A DNA stretch of 64,000 nt from an uncultured cyanobacterium (GCA_963793425.1 CAWCAG010000007.1:1157397-1221396), one strand, 5' to 3'; shown: positions 53,333 to 64,000, counted from the first letter of the stretch. Program-made: numbers and translations. Notes: a model not told the origin generated them from the letters alone.

Positions 53333-56296
53333 CTAAATTTGCGATTCTTGTTGTTGATAAAGACAGAAATAACGACCTTTCATAGCCATCAACTCCTCAT
53401 GGGTTCCTTGTTCAACAATACTACCTTGTTCCATCATCAAGATAAGGTCCGCATTACGAATTGTGCTAAGACGATGGGTTATAAATAGTACGGTGCGATC
53501 GCCAAAGGTTTTTTGTAAATTCAAACAAACCTCTCTTTCTGTTTCATAATCTAAAGCACTAGTCGCTTCATCAAGAATCAGGAGTTGAGGATTTTGCAAC
53601 ACAGTACGGGCGATGGCAATTCTCTGTCTTTGCCCCCCAGATAAAGATGAACCCCTCTCCCCCACCCGGCTACCGTAACCACTAGGCAAACCCATAATAA
53701 ATTCGTGTGCTGAAGCTACTCTTGCGGCTGCAACCACCTCATCAGAAGTTGCATCAGGGTTGGTGAGGGCAATGTTGTCTTTTACTGATCCATCGAAAAG
53801 GAGGCAATCTTGAGGTACAATACCAATTTGCCTGCGTAGGGAGTAGAGTTCGACTTTATCTATATCATAATCATCAATGAAGATGCGTCCGTTGAGGGGA
53901 GAATAGAGGCGGGGGAGAAGTTTGGTGAGGGTACTTTTACCGGAACCACTTTGACCGACAATACCCACAAACCGCCCCGATTCTAATTCTAGGTTAACAT
54001 TGGCTAGTTGCAAAGGGCCGCTTTTACCGAAACGAAAAGAGACATTCTCATAGCGGACTGCACCTTTAATAGGAGGTTGGGGAATCTTACGACGTTCCTC
54101 TGCATCTGCTTCTTGAGGGGTGTCAATTATGTCGCTGAGACGTTCTAAGGAAAGGGCTGTTTCTTGGAAGTTTTGCCAAATCTGTGCCAATCGCAATAGG
54201 GGAGTGGTAACGTAGCCGGAGATGATACGGAAAGCGATGAGTTGACCGAGGGTTAAATCCCCTTGCAGCACTAAGTAAGCTCCCACCCATAATACCAGCA
54301 ATGCCGAAAACTTATTCAGAAATTGGCTGGCTGAACCCGCAGCCGTGGAAGTGAGTACGGTTTGGAAACCCGCAGAAACATAGCTAGAATAACGTTCCTG
54401 CCATTTCCAGCGCGATTGTAGTTCAATGTTCTGTGCCTTAACGGTTTGAATACCGGAGAGTACCTCTACTAAATAGGATTGCGTTTCTGCATTGCGTTCG
54501 GCTTTAGTACGTAACTGTCGGCGGATGATGGGGGAAACAAAGAGGGTGAGGAGGATGAAAAGGGGGATGGTGCAGAGGGCAACGAGGGTGAGTACCCAAC
54601 TGTAGATGAGCATCACGACAATGTATACTACGGAGAAGATGGCATCCAATACCACTGTTAAGGCTGTGCTGGTAAGAAATTGGCGAATATTCTCCAACTC
54701 ATTAACCCTGCTGGATAATTCCCCTACGGGGCGCTTTTCAAAGTAACGCAGGGGCAGGCGGAGGAGATGGTCAATAATTTCTGAAGCTAGGGTTAAATCA
54801 ATGCGGTTGGTGGTATCGACAAAGAGGTAGGTACGCAGACTGCTTAAGATTGCTTCGACAATGGCAATGAAGACAAGGAAAGTTCCTAATACTTGCAAGG
54901 TGTCAATACTATTACGGCCAATTACCCGATCAATAATTACTTGAATGGTTAAGGGGTTGACAAGGCTAAAAAGCTGCACAAAAAACGAAGCAACAAGCAC
55001 TTCTAAGAGTACCCGGCGGTACTTTTTCAGGGAAGGAATAAACCAACTTAAACCAAACTTTTTTTGCGGAGTTTCTTTAGTCGGTTGCAATAGTAAAACT
55101 TGCCCCTGTTCAGTCCAATTTTCCGCAAAGTTACTAGGACTATAGCGCAGGATACCTGCTTCTGGTACACCAAGAACCAACTCTCTGTCGCTACTTTCAT
55201 AAAGGAGGGCAAAACTATCTTGCCATTGTAACAAGGCTGTACCCTCTAAACGTTTGACAGCATGGCTAGGTATTGTGATCAACTGTGCCTGCAGTCCTAT
55301 GACTTCTGCTATTGCCCCACACAGTTGCAGGGATAGCTGCCCTGTACGGGCTAATTGGTCTGCCAGTATCCGTTGCACTACTTCCCTACGGAAGGGAATA
55401 TTGAGTTCTTGACAAAGCATTTGTAAGCAAGCCATAATTGCTCCCAATTGCCCTTTACCCCTAACATAGGGATAGTTTTTCTTGCCCCTCGGCTTTTCGG
55501 CGACAAAGGGATGTTCTAATTCCGGTTCAGGGGGATTTTCTGGGGCATAAGGAATGTCTTCTGCAATAGTATCTTGGGGAGGAGCATCCGATGTTAAGGT
55601 ACTTGTGGGGGTAGGTTGCAAGGTAGGAGTAGGTAGACCAACTAACCTTGCCGGAGAAGAAGAAGTAACCCTCAACTCGGTGTTAACATCCAGGCGATCC
55701 CCTACCTCGTATGCCCCTAACTGTCCTCCTCCACTAAAAAACCAAATCTTACTTCCATTTAAGCTGTTGGCAAGATGTTTACCCAGGTTTAAGTGCCTTA
55801 CTTCGGCTGCTTCGGTAGCCTGTTGTACTAACGTTTTTAAATCTACTTCCTGGGGTCGCCGTTTAATTTCTTCACTCAGGAGGGCAAAAATTTCTGCTGG
55901 GGAAACTTGTTTTTGAAAAAATTCGGCTAATTGCGCCTCTTCACCAAGGATCTGGAGGAAATTATGGGCTGGTAGGGTTAAACAAACACTTTCAACCGAG
56001 GCGATCGCAGTTTCGCAGGGGACACCCCGCAGCAAACCTGGACAACCGAGAATGTCCCCCGGTTGCAGTTTTTTTAAGGTTAGGGGTACATAGTTGGAGG
56101 GATCACGAGCCATTAACCTTACTTGCCCCTCTTTAAGAATAGCAATTTGATAAGGTAGAGTTTCTCCTCTGAGGATGCTTTGCCCTAAACGATAGCGCAG
56201 AGGTTGGAAAAGCTGACTCCATTGCTGTAATTTTTCCTCACTTAATTGGTTAAAGGGAGAAATAGTCGCAAGAAATTCTGGAGTATCATTAATCAT
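53333..56296 (-). CDS. hlyB: HlyB-family T1SS ABC transporter with cNMP-binding and C39-like domains
   Basis: N-terminal cNMP-like domain, TM domain, Walker A GQSGSGKST, LSGGQRQR, LILDEATSALD. Confidence 0.94.
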   Translation of the reverse strand: MINDTPEFLATISPFNQLSEEKLQQWSQLFQPLRYRLGQSILRGETLPYQIAILKEGQVRLMARDPSNYVPLTLKKLQPGDILGCPGLLRGVPCETAIASVESVCLTLPAHNFLQILGEEAQLAEFFQKQVSPAEIFALLSEEIKRRPQEVDLKTLVQQATEAAEVRHLNLGKHLANSLNGSKIWFFSGGGQLGAYEVGDRLDVNTELRVTSSSPARLVGLPTPTLQPTPTSTLTSDAPPQDTIAEDIPYAPENPPEPELEHPFVAEKPRGKKNYPYVRGKGQLGAIMACLQMLCQELNIPFRREVVQRILADQLARTGQLSLQLCGAIAEVIGLQAQLITIPSHAVKRLEGTALLQWQDSFALLYESSDRELVLGVPEAGILRYSPSNFAENWTEQGQVLLLQPTKETPQKKFGLSWFIPSLKKYRRVLLEVLVASFFVQLFSLVNPLTIQVIIDRVIGRNSIDTLQVLGTFLVFIAIVEAILSSLRTYLFVDTTNRIDLTLASEIIDHLLRLPLRYFEKRPVGELSSRVNELENIRQFLTSTALTVVLDAIFSVVYIVVMLIYSWVLTLVALCTIPLFILLTLFVSPIIRRQLRTKAERNAETQSYLVEVLSGIQTVKAQNIELQSRWKWQERYSSYVSAGFQTVLTSTAAGSASQFLNKFSALLVLWVGAYLVLQGDLTLGQLIAFRIISGYVTTPLLRLAQIWQNFQETALSLERLSDIIDTPQEADAEERRKIPQPPIKGAVRYENVSFRFGKSGPLQLANVNLELESGRFVGIVGQSGSGKSTLTKLLPRLYSPLNGRIFIDDYDIDKVELYSLRRQIGIVPQDCLLFDGSVKDNIALTNPDATSDEVVAAARVASAHEFIMGLPSGYGSRVGERGSSLSGGQRQRIAIARTVLQNPQLLILDEATSALDYETEREVCLNLQKTFGDRTVLFITHRLSTIRNADLILMMEQGSIVEQGTHEELMAMKGRYFCLYQQQESQI

Positions 56297-56374
56297 TGAT
56301 CATTAAACATTTATCATTTATCATTAGACCTCTCCAGAAACTATTTTTTTGTCTGGACAGTACAAAATGTGAGA

Positions 56375-57111
56375 TTAATTATCGGAGATGTCACCCTTTA
56401 AGCTAACAGTTTGTAGTTGTTCTGCAAGCCAATTTTGCCAGCATTCTTGGAGTAGCTTCTGCTTCATAGCCCCGTCTAGCTGGGCAGGAACAAATTCCTC
56501 CAGACGAACAATTACATACCAATCATTAAGGCTGCTAGGGGGCCAAGCTGCCCTGGTTTGCTAACACTAAGCATTCGCCGTAAATCAGCATGAAGATTAC
56601 TCAAAGGGACAGGGCCTACTTTACCACCTGTCTTTGCTTCTGCCCCTTGGGAATATTGTTGGGCTAATACAGCAAAGGGATCTTCTTTTTCTAGAAGGCG
56701 ACAGTAAAGCTCTTGGGCCATGCCCACATCTTTAGTTCTCAACAAGGAGTATATTACCTGATCAAAGTAAGCTTTCCGTTTTAAAAAGATGCTTTCAATT
56801 TTGCCATTCCAGGTTTGTTCTTGAAATTTGGCAATTTTCCAACTTCGGGTTATTTTTTCTTGTAATTGTTGTGAGCTTAAACCTCTTTTTTCTAACCAAG
56901 TTTGCCTTTCTTGAGGGCTATGGAGTTTTTGCTGTTGATAAAATTGCTCACAATTTTGAGTTTGTTCTTCAGCAGAACAAACAATATCACTAATAGTTAA
57001 ATCAATAATAATTTCTCGCGCTAATTCAGGCAGAAGCTGATACTTTTGCAACAACGGGATAATCTCTTCTGCTGTAAAGGTTTGTTCACCTATTTGTAGA
57101 ACAGTAGTCAT
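56375..57111 (-). CDS. PpiC-type peptidylprolyl isomerase, two apparent frameshifts near the 3' end
   Basis: FAVLAQQYSQGAEAKTGGKVGP; shifted frames continue WYVIVRLEEFVPAQLD and MKQKLLQECWQNWLAEQ. Confidence 0.85.
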
Positions 57112-57168
57112 AAGATATAGCAATTCTCTTACTTGTGAGGTACTAAATTCTTGGTTTGAGGGAGCAGG

Positions 57169-57194
57169 GTTGGCGTTAGCCTTGCCGTAGGCTA
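57169..57194 (+). repeat. 26-nt small dispersed repeat (second copy; variant at 57505-57529)
   Basis: GTTGGCGTTAGCCTTGCCGTAGGCTA flanked by CAGG on both sides. Confidence 0.8.
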
Positions 57195-57600
57195 CAGGGA
57201 ACATGAGGAAAAGCTATGTACCTCATGTGGCCTAGAATTGCTATAGTAGTCTTAGCTAATTCAATAATATGCTGTTCAAATAAGTAACAGCTTATTTACT
57301 TATCTGCTAAAAACAAGGTTTTTTTGCAAAAAGTACAGAAAACTTTTTCTGTAGGAAATTTAGGCAATTTTAACAATTTTCAAAATCCTGGTTGTAGAAA
57401 CTCGCTTGAGTATGCGATCGCAGATTTTTTATTTCGACTGTAGTTATAGCAAATCGGTGTTGGGTGGCATGATTTATCTGTTAGGGTGGGGAGCAGGGAG
57501 TAGGGTTCCGGAAGCGTTGCCGTAGGCTACAGAGTTTGAGAACTTTATTCGGTCAATTTTATCAAGGTACTTTAGTAACCGGATTTGGTATTATTTCTTC

Positions 57601-58587
57601 ATGGCCGAATCTTCTTACTGGACATCTCTTCATGCCCAACTGCATCAAACGCTGCGTCAGCGCCAGTTATTAGCCAAACGGGAGCGAGTTTTAATTGCTG
57701 TATCCGGGGGGCAAGATTCCCTTTGTTTAAGTAAGCTTCTAAGTGATTTACAACCTAAATGGCAATGGCAACTAGGAATTGCCCATTGTGATCACGGCTG
57801 GGCTTCCGATGTAGGCATTGCTGCTTGGGTAAAACAATTTACTCAAACCTTAGATTTACCCTTCTACCTCAAAACAACTACAGGCTTAAAAGAAACCGAA
57901 GCGGCAGCAAGACAGTGGCGTTATGGGGCATTAATAGAAATAGCTAGGGAAGAGAATTTCCAATTCGTAGTTACAGGTCATACCAAAACTGACTTAGGAG
58001 AAACCTTACTTTATAATTTACTACGAGGTTCAGGGACAGATGGTTTACAGTCCCTATCTTGGCAGCGTCCTTTAAGCAAAGATATTCAACTCATTCGCCC
58101 TCTCCTTAATATTTCTCGCCCAGAAACTCTTCAGTTTTGCCAACAATTCCAACTACCAATCTGGGAAGATGAAGTTAACCAAAATCTCCGCTATGCCCGT
58201 AACCGCATTCGCCAAGAACTAATTCCCTACCTGAAAACCCATTTTAACCCTCAAGTAGAAACTGCCCTAGCTCAAACAGCAGAAGTTTTACGGGCGGAGG
58301 TAGAGTATCAAGAACAGGTGGTTACAACTCTTTACAAAAAGGTTGCCCAAGAACCCAGAAAAATCAATCGCCGGGAGTTGAAAAATAGCCCTTTAGCCAT
58401 ACAAAGGCGGGTAATGCGACAATTCCTCCAAACCTATCTTCCCAGCGCCCCCACCTTCGGGCAAATCGAAGCCCTAACCAACTTAATCTCAGCCCCCAAT
58501 CGTTCCCAAACTTCCTCCCTTCCAGGAGGGGCGATCGCCAAAGTGCAACAAAATGAGATTATCCTAGAGTTCCTAACTGATAACTGA
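57601..58587 (+). CDS. tilS: tRNA(Ile)-lysidine synthase
   Basis: PP-loop AVSGGQDS, EAAARQWRY, TGHT..D, RPLL, RNRIR. Confidence 0.95.
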   Translation: MAESSYWTSLHAQLHQTLRQRQLLAKRERVLIAVSGGQDSLCLSKLLSDLQPKWQWQLGIAHCDHGWASDVGIAAWVKQFTQTLDLPFYLKTTTGLKETEAAARQWRYGALIEIAREENFQFVVTGHTKTDLGETLLYNLLRGSGTDGLQSLSWQRPLSKDIQLIRPLLNISRPETLQFCQQFQLPIWEDEVNQNLRYARNRIRQELIPYLKTHFNPQVETALAQTAEVLRAEVEYQEQVVTTLYKKVAQEPRKINRRELKNSPLAIQRRVMRQFLQTYLPSAPTFGQIEALTNLISAPNRSQTSSLPGGAIAKVQQNEIILEFLTDN

Positions 58588-58687
58588 TCATTGATCATTG
58601 AATTGATTTGCTAAACTAAAGAGTGAGAAGTAAGTTTCCTCCATAGAAACTTGTTTCTCGGCAGCGAGACATCATTTCATTACTTTG

Positions 58688-58712
58688 GAAGTGGGTCATA
58701 CCCGCTTTTTTT
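58688..58712 (+). promoter_or_regulatory. rimP leader hairpin
   Basis: GAAGTGGGTCATACCCGCTTTTTT hairpin plus U-tract just upstream of rimP. Confidence 0.6.
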
Positions 58713-58727
58713 GTTGCTAAAAATTCC

Positions 58728-59195
58728 ATGACTCATCCTCTCATTCCCCAAATTATCGATTTAGCTACACCCATTGCCCAAGAAATTGGCTTAGACGTAG
58801 TTGATGCGGTTTTCCAAACTAATAAAAATCCTTCTGTGCTGCGAGTGGATATTCGCAACCTAAAAGGTGAAACTAGCGTTGATGATTGCGAAAAGATGAG
58901 TCGTGCCTTAGAACAGCAGCTAGATACCACAGGAATTATCCCCGACTCTTATGCTTATGTCCTAGAGATTTCGAGTCCTGGTATCTCCAGACAACTAACC
59001 ACAGATAGAGAATTTATTTCTTTTAAGGGGTTTTCCATCGCTGTCAAAACCTATGCCCCCTATGAAGGGAAAAAAGAGTGGCGAGGCACGCTGAATCGCA
59101 GAGACGACCAAGCCCTGTATTTGAATCAAAAAGGTCGGGAAATCTCGATTCCTCGTCAACTAATAGCTAGGGTGCAGTTAAACGACAGCGGCTAG
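58728..59195 (+). CDS. rimP: Ribosome maturation factor RimP
   Basis: DDCEKMSR, YVLEISSPG; upstream of nusA. Confidence 0.95.
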   Translation: MTHPLIPQIIDLATPIAQEIGLDVVDAVFQTNKNPSVLRVDIRNLKGETSVDDCEKMSRALEQQLDTTGIIPDSYAYVLEISSPGISRQLTTDREFISFKGFSIAVKTYAPYEGKKEWRGTLNRRDDQALYLNQKGREISIPRQLIARVQLNDSG

Positions 59196-59267
59196 ATAAG
59201 CCCATTTTACTGATCATCTTGCTACAACCAAATAACTAAATTAGAAAAAGATTAAGGAGTTCCGTTC

Positions 59268-60548
59268 ATGTCCATCGTCAACTTGCCTGGACTGAGGAAT
59301 ATGATTGACGAGATTAGTCAAAGGCATAATTTACCAAAATCAGCGGTCCAGCAAGCATTGCGAGAAGCATTACTCAAAGGTTACGAACGTTATCGCCGCG
59401 CTCAAAATCTTGACCGCGACCATTTTAGTGAAGAATACTTTGAGAATTTTGAAATTGAATTAGACACAGAAGAGGAAGAAGAAGGTTTCCGCATTTTAGC
59501 CACTAAAGAGATTGTTGAAGAGGTGAATAACACAGATCACCAAATTTCTCTTAAGGAAGTTCAAGAAGTGGCCTCAGAAGCAATGTCAGGGGATTCTGTG
59601 GTTTTGGATGTCACCCCAGATCAAAGAGATTTTGGTCGTATGGCAGCTATTCAAACCAAACAAGTCCTCCTGCAAAAGTTGCGAGATCAACAACGGAAAC
59701 TCGTTCAAGAGGAATTCCAAGACTTAGAAAATGAAGTACTCCAAGCTAGGGTACTTCGGTTTGAAAGACAGTCGATAATTATGGCCGTTAATAGCGGTTT
59801 TGGGCAGCCAGAAGTAGAAGCAGAATTGCCGAAGCGAGAGCAGTTACCTAATGATAATTATCGAGCTAATGCGACTTTTCGGGTTTTCTTGAAGAAAGTT
59901 CGCGAAGGGCCGCATCGGGGGCCACAACTTCTGGTTTCTCGTGCTTCAGCCGGTTTAGTAGTTTATTTATTTGCTACCGAAGTACCAGAAATTGAAGATG
60001 AAGTTGTTCGTATTGTTGCTGTCGCCAGGGAAGCTAGCCCACCTTCTCGCCAAGTTGGGCCGCGAACTAAAATTGCTGTGGATACCTTAGAACGGGATGT
60101 AGACCCTGTAGGGGCTTGTATTGGGGCAAGGGGTTCCCGCATTCAAGCGGTGGTAAATGAGTTACGGGGAGAAAAAATCGACGTGATTCGTTGGTCGCCT
60201 GACCCTTCTACTTATATATCCAATGCTCTTTCTCCTGCCCGTGTTGACCAAGTTTTGTTAGTTAATCCTGATGAACGTCAGGCCATGGTTTTAGTGGCGG
60301 AAAATCAACTTAGTTTGGCTATTGGTAAAGAAGGACAAAATGTTCGACTCGCCGCCCGCTTAACAGGTTGGAAAATTGATATTAAAGATTCTGCCAAGTA
60401 TGACGAAGAGTTAGCTAGACAAGCAGAAATGAAGGAGGAAGAGGCTGAATTCTCAGAAGATATTGAAGAGGAAGATTGGTTAGAATCTGGAGAAGAAACT
60501 GAAGAAGAAGTTACTTCTACAGATAACGAAGAAACCTCAGAATTATAA
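59268..60548 (+). CDS. nusA: Transcription factor NusA
   Basis: FGRMAAIQTKQ, S1 domain, DPVGACIG, KH motifs AIGKEGQNVRLA. Confidence 0.97.
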   Translation: MSIVNLPGLRNMIDEISQRHNLPKSAVQQALREALLKGYERYRRAQNLDRDHFSEEYFENFEIELDTEEEEEGFRILATKEIVEEVNNTDHQISLKEVQEVASEAMSGDSVVLDVTPDQRDFGRMAAIQTKQVLLQKLRDQQRKLVQEEFQDLENEVLQARVLRFERQSIIMAVNSGFGQPEVEAELPKREQLPNDNYRANATFRVFLKKVREGPHRGPQLLVSRASAGLVVYLFATEVPEIEDEVVRIVAVAREASPPSRQVGPRTKIAVDTLERDVDPVGACIGARGSRIQAVVNELRGEKIDVIRWSPDPSTYISNALSPARVDQVLLVNPDERQAMVLVAENQLSLAIGKEGQNVRLAARLTGWKIDIKDSAKYDEELARQAEMKEEEAEFSEDIEEEDWLESGEETEEEVTSTDNEETSEL

Positions 60549-60586
60549 GTAAGTTTAGAAGAGGAGAAAGAAGAAGAAACTGAGCA

Positions 60587-60846
60587 ATGAAATAGTTATT
60601 AATCAACGACGTTGTATAAGCTGTCGTAAGTTGGGGCAAAAGGAAGAGTTTTGGCGCGTTGTCAGAGTTCATCCCACTAGGGAAGTAAAATTGGATGAAG
60701 GTATGGGACGTTCTGCTTATCTTTGCCCCCAGCCTGAATGTCTTCAGTTAGCACAAAAAAAGAATCGTTTAGGGCGTTCCCTACGAACTAAAGTTTCTGA
60801 AGATATTTATCAAAGTTTATGGCAGCGTTTGCCAGCAAAACAATAG
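60587..60846 (+). CDS. ylxR: YlxR/RnpM family protein; ATG at 60587 is out of frame with the body (probable indel)
   Basis: In-frame upstream NQRRCISCRK, then GRSAYLC..C; follows nusA. Confidence 0.85.
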
Positions 60847-60847
60847 G

Positions 60848-60908
60848 TATGGGGGCGGGTTTATGGAGATTTTGGAGACAAGATATCTTTGGTCAAACCC
60901 GCCCCTGC
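60848..60908. repeat. REP-like inverted repeat GGGGCGGGTTT...AAACCCGCCCC
   Basis: 11-bp arms around a ~30-nt spacer; a half-site GTAGGGGCGGGTTT also occurs at ~12243. Confidence 0.65.
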
Positions 60909-60944
60909 AACTTTCAATAATAAATGTTTAATGTTTAATGTTTA

Positions 60945-62195
60945 ATGTTTAATGATAAATGTTTTGATGTGATCGTAGTGGGTGCAGGGCCGGCGGGGGG
61001 GCATTGTGCGAGATGTTTAGCGAAGGCAGGTAGAAAGGTATTATTAGTAGAACAGCATAAAGACTTTAGTAAAAATGACTTTTCTAGCGCCGCAACTCCT
61101 TTAGAAACTCTGAAACAATTTACTTTGCCGCCGGAAGTTGTAGGCAGTTTTTGGCAGAAAATTGTGATTGTAACTACTAATTTTAGTCGCAGTTGGGAAG
61201 AAGAAAAAGACCTTGGGGCGGTGTTGAATTTTGCTAAATTGAGAGAGTTTTTAGCAAAAGAAGTGAAAGATTATCATAGTGAAGTTTGGTTGGGTTGCCG
61301 TTATTTGCAACATTACCAAGAAGAAGGGAAAACTTGGCTAGAGTTGAAGAAAGAAGGAGAGGGGAAGGTTAGGATTAATACTAAAGTAATTGTTGATGCT
61401 ACTGGTCCGGCTAGGGCAGTTATGTATGAAAAAGAACGAGATAAACCAGAGTTTTTGAAACCCGCAGGTATTGAATATTTAATTGAAGTTCCTGAAGCAG
61501 TTTATGAAAAGTATAGTGATGCTTTACTGTTTTTCCTCGGACACAAATGGATGCCGAAGGGGTATAGTTGGATTTTCCCGATGGGAAAAAATCGTTTGAA
61601 AGTAGGTGCAGCTTCCTATCGTTTGGAACATGAAGTAATTAAGGAAACGGAATCTATTCGCTACTATGTTGAGTTATTAATTAAAGATTATCTGCAATTA
61701 TCAGAATACCAAATAATTGATGTTCACGGCTCTACAATTCACTATTGTAGTGGTTTAAAAGATATTTATCATCGCGGTAATACTATCGCTATTGGTGATG
61801 CGGTTTCGACGGTGAATATGTTAGGAGGGGAAGGTATACGCCACGCTATGGTTGGGGCAGAAGTTGCTTGTGAGTTTGTTGAACAGTATTTGTGTGGTGA
61901 TGTAAAAGATTTTTATGGTTATGAGAAAGAGATGCAAAAAAGGTTTTCTCGCCTTTGGAATCTCTCAGAGAGAATTGGCATGAAAAGGTATTTAGTAGAT
62001 GGGGATGACAAGATTGATAAAGGAGTCAATTATTTAACTCCTTTTACTACTCAAGAAATGATGGATATTCTTTTTTACTACAAATTTGGTAAGTTAACTA
62101 AGGGGTTGCGTTGGTATTTACCTAATAAGATTAGTTCTTGGTGGGGCAGCTTTAAGCAATGGTTACTTCCTCAGATAAATAAACATCCTGAATAG
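60945..62195 (+). CDS. FAD-dependent oxidoreductase (geranylgeranyl reductase-like family)
   Basis: VGAGPAG, VDATG, GYSWIFP, IGDA...GEGI. Confidence 0.85.
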   Translation: MFNDKCFDVIVVGAGPAGGHCARCLAKAGRKVLLVEQHKDFSKNDFSSAATPLETLKQFTLPPEVVGSFWQKIVIVTTNFSRSWEEEKDLGAVLNFAKLREFLAKEVKDYHSEVWLGCRYLQHYQEEGKTWLELKKEGEGKVRINTKVIVDATGPARAVMYEKERDKPEFLKPAGIEYLIEVPEAVYEKYSDALLFFLGHKWMPKGYSWIFPMGKNRLKVGAASYRLEHEVIKETESIRYYVELLIKDYLQLSEYQIIDVHGSTIHYCSGLKDIYHRGNTIAIGDAVSTVNMLGGEGIRHAMVGAEVACEFVEQYLCGDVKDFYGYEKEMQKRFSRLWNLSERIGMKRYLVDGDDKIDKGVNYLTPFTTQEMMDILFYYKFGKLTKGLRWYLPNKISSWWGSFKQWLLPQINKHPE

Positions 62196-63234
62196 CCTGA
62201 AATAACTTAACCCCTTCTGCTAAAGGACGTTGAAAGGTTTTTCTACCAGAAATTAAACCACAACCACCAGCACGTTTATTAATTACCGCAGTACGTACAG
62301 CACTAGCAAAGTCGTTGTCTCCAGAAGAACCACCAGAGTTAATTAAACCACTACGCCCTGCATAGCAATTGAGTACTTGATAACGAGTTAAATCAATAGG
62401 ATGCTCACTTGTTAGGTTACTATAAACTTTCTTATCTGTTCTACCATATTTTTCTCCTGTAGCTTCAGCAACTGCGCCATAGCCGCCATTACATTCAGGT
62501 AGTTTTTGCTTGATGATATCAGCTTGAATAGTTACCCCCAAATGGTTGGCTTGCCCAGTTAGATCCGCTGCTAAATGGTAATCTTGGTCTTGTTTGAAAA
62601 CATCATTACGTAGATAACACCAAAGAATTGTTGCCATCCCTAGTTCATGTGCCTGGGCAAAGGCTTGGCTAACTTCTTGGATTTGACGAGATGATTCTGG
62701 TGAACCAAAATAGATAGTTGCCCCAACTGCCACAGCCCCTAAATTCCAGGCTTGTTTGACAGAAGCAAACATAATTTGATCTGAGGCATTAGGATAAGTG
62801 AGTAACTCGTTATGATTTAGTTTGACGATGAAAGGGAGGCGATGGGCATAACGACGAGATACCATACCCAAAACGCCTAATGTGGTGGCAACGGCATTAC
62901 AACCCCCTTCTAAAGCTAATTTGATGATGTTTTCGGGGTCGAAGTAGATTGGGTTGGGGGCAAAAGAAGCTGCTGCTGAATGTTCTATGCCCTGATCTAC
63001 AGGTAAAATGGAGAGATAACCTGTGTTCGCTAGTCTTCCGGTAGAGTAGAGTTGCTTTAAACTGCGAAGCACTTGTGAGTTGCGATCGCTATTGATAAAA
63101 ATGCGTTCAATAAAGTCTTTTCCTGGTAAGTTTAGTGATTCTTGAGAAACTTTAGCTTTATAAGTTAACAAGCTTTCAGCTTCCTCACCTAAATATGAGG
63201 CAACAGAATGAGAATTTAATTGAGTAGCAACCAT
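62152..63234 (-). CDS. fbaB: Class I fructose-bisphosphate aldolase
   Basis: [17 protein letters not shown] Schiff-base Lys, GLINSGG, GLISGRK. Confidence 0.95.
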   Translation of the reverse strand: MVATQLNSHSVASYLGEEAESLLTYKAKVSQESLNLPGKDFIERIFINSDRNSQVLRSLKQLYSTGRLANTGYLSILPVDQGIEHSAAASFAPNPIYFDPENIIKLALEGGCNAVATTLGVLGMVSRRYAHRLPFIVKLNHNELLTYPNASDQIMFASVKQAWNLGAVAVGATIYFGSPESSRQIQEVSQAFAQAHELGMATILWCYLRNDVFKQDQDYHLAADLTGQANHLGVTIQADIIKQKLPECNGGYGAVAEATGEKYGRTDKKVYSNLTSEHPIDLTRYQVLNCYAGRSGLINSGGSSGDNDFASAVRTAVINKRAGGCGLISGRKTFQRPLAEGVKLFQAIQDVYLSEEVTIA

Positions 63235-63499
63235 AATCTTTATTCGTAACAGCTTACAATTCTTGATGTTATTATATTAGCTGGAATGCTTACTATGGTC
63301 GTCCCTGAATAACTATGATTCGTTGATGTAGAAGCTCTAGGACGTAATGTAATCTGAATGGTAGAAGTGAGGTAAGGGTAGAACAGACCAACAAGTTAAA
63401 GGTAGGCTACTGAGCGACCCTGCTAGTAGCTATTGTGCGATCGCTTAGTATTGCCCCTATTTTGCTAGGATAGAGTCTTAAATCTGAGGATTTTGAATT

Positions 63500-64000
63500 G
63501 TGTTAAGTGCCGATGCGTTGAGCTTTCAGGAATTTATGAACCGCGAATCTTTATCAATCGCCACCTTGCATGGTGCTATCTTTGAATTTCTGCGCGATCG
63601 CCAAGATGTTGTTGTGTTTGGGGCGCAAGCTGTAAATGCCTATACCGAAGAGCCGCGCATGACCCAGGATATCGATGTTATGGCTCTGCAAGGAGCAGAT
63701 TTAGCCGAAGAGTTACGCACTTATTTGAGCAATCGCTTTTACATTGCTATGAGAGTAATAGTAATTAAGGGAGGATTGGGTTATCGGTTGTACCAAGTGC
63801 AAAAGAAAGGTAATCGCCATTTGGTTGATATTCGCCAAGTAGAGACTTTACCAGAAAATCGCTCCTTTGAAGGGGTGTTAGTTATGGCTCCGGAGTCATT
63901 AGTAGTGAGCAAGGTAATCGCCTATTACCAACGACGGGGCAAGCCTAAAGCAGGAACAGATTGGCGTGATTTGGCTCTGTTGTTGTTGGCTTTTCCAGAG
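63500..64000 (+). CDS. Nucleotidyltransferase-fold (AbiEii-like) protein, runs off the window end
   Basis: Open frame from GTG 63500; FGAQAVNAY...RMTQDIDV, SK...DWRDL motifs. Confidence 0.7.
   Translation, partial: MLSADALSFQEFMNRESLSIATLHGAIFEFLRDRQDVVVFGAQAVNAYTEEPRMTQDIDVMALQGADLAEELRTYLSNRFYIAMRVIVIKGGLGYRLYQVQKKGNRHLVDIRQVETLPENRSFEGVLVMAPESLVVSKVIAYYQRRGKPKAGTDWRDLALLLLAFPE

Noticed and set aside
62152..62195. 44-bp convergent overlap of the oxidoreductase and fbaB
   Set aside because: Short convergent 3' overlaps are common and there is no further signal

Overview
Chromosomal window from a low-GC cyanobacterium. Dozens of HIP1 GCGATCGC octamers, heptamer tandem repeats, and Tab2, NtrC, DUF1517 and Uma2 genes support this. 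Housekeeping genes include hom, ntrC, rsmE, pth, tilS, rimP-nusA-ylxR and a class I fructose-bisphosphate aldolase. Signalling genes include two adenylate/guanylate cyclases, a PAS-GAF kinase with its response regulator, and a REC-GGDEF-EAL protein. Main accessory loci: (1) a SAM methyltransferase - type IV pilin - SPINDLY/OGT-type glycosyltransferase cluster (12.5-16.9 kb); (2) a PD-(D/E)XK nuclease island with two divergent Rpn genes sharing an identical 31-aa C-terminus (17.4-20.7 kb); (3) an IS605-group element with intact tnpB and only a C-terminal stub of tnpA (22.4-23.9 kb); (4) a ~16.5 kb type I secretion locus (PPIase, HlyB, small ORF, HlyD, TIGR03032-family protein, and a ~3,050-aa adhesin with 3x7 FG-GAP repeats, cadherin/Ig and RTX repeats). 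Non-coding signals include a helically phased DnaA-box-like cluster upstream of a DUF2811 gene, a MerR-type operator before a Cu-ATPase, K-box-like and NtcA-like sites before DUF1517, and 26-nt double-hairpin mini-elements with 4-bp flanking duplications. Many genes carry small indels in patches, most likely sequencing or assembly errors. No rRNA, tRNA, CRISPR array or reverse transcriptase was seen. All family assignments come from motif recognition, not database searches.
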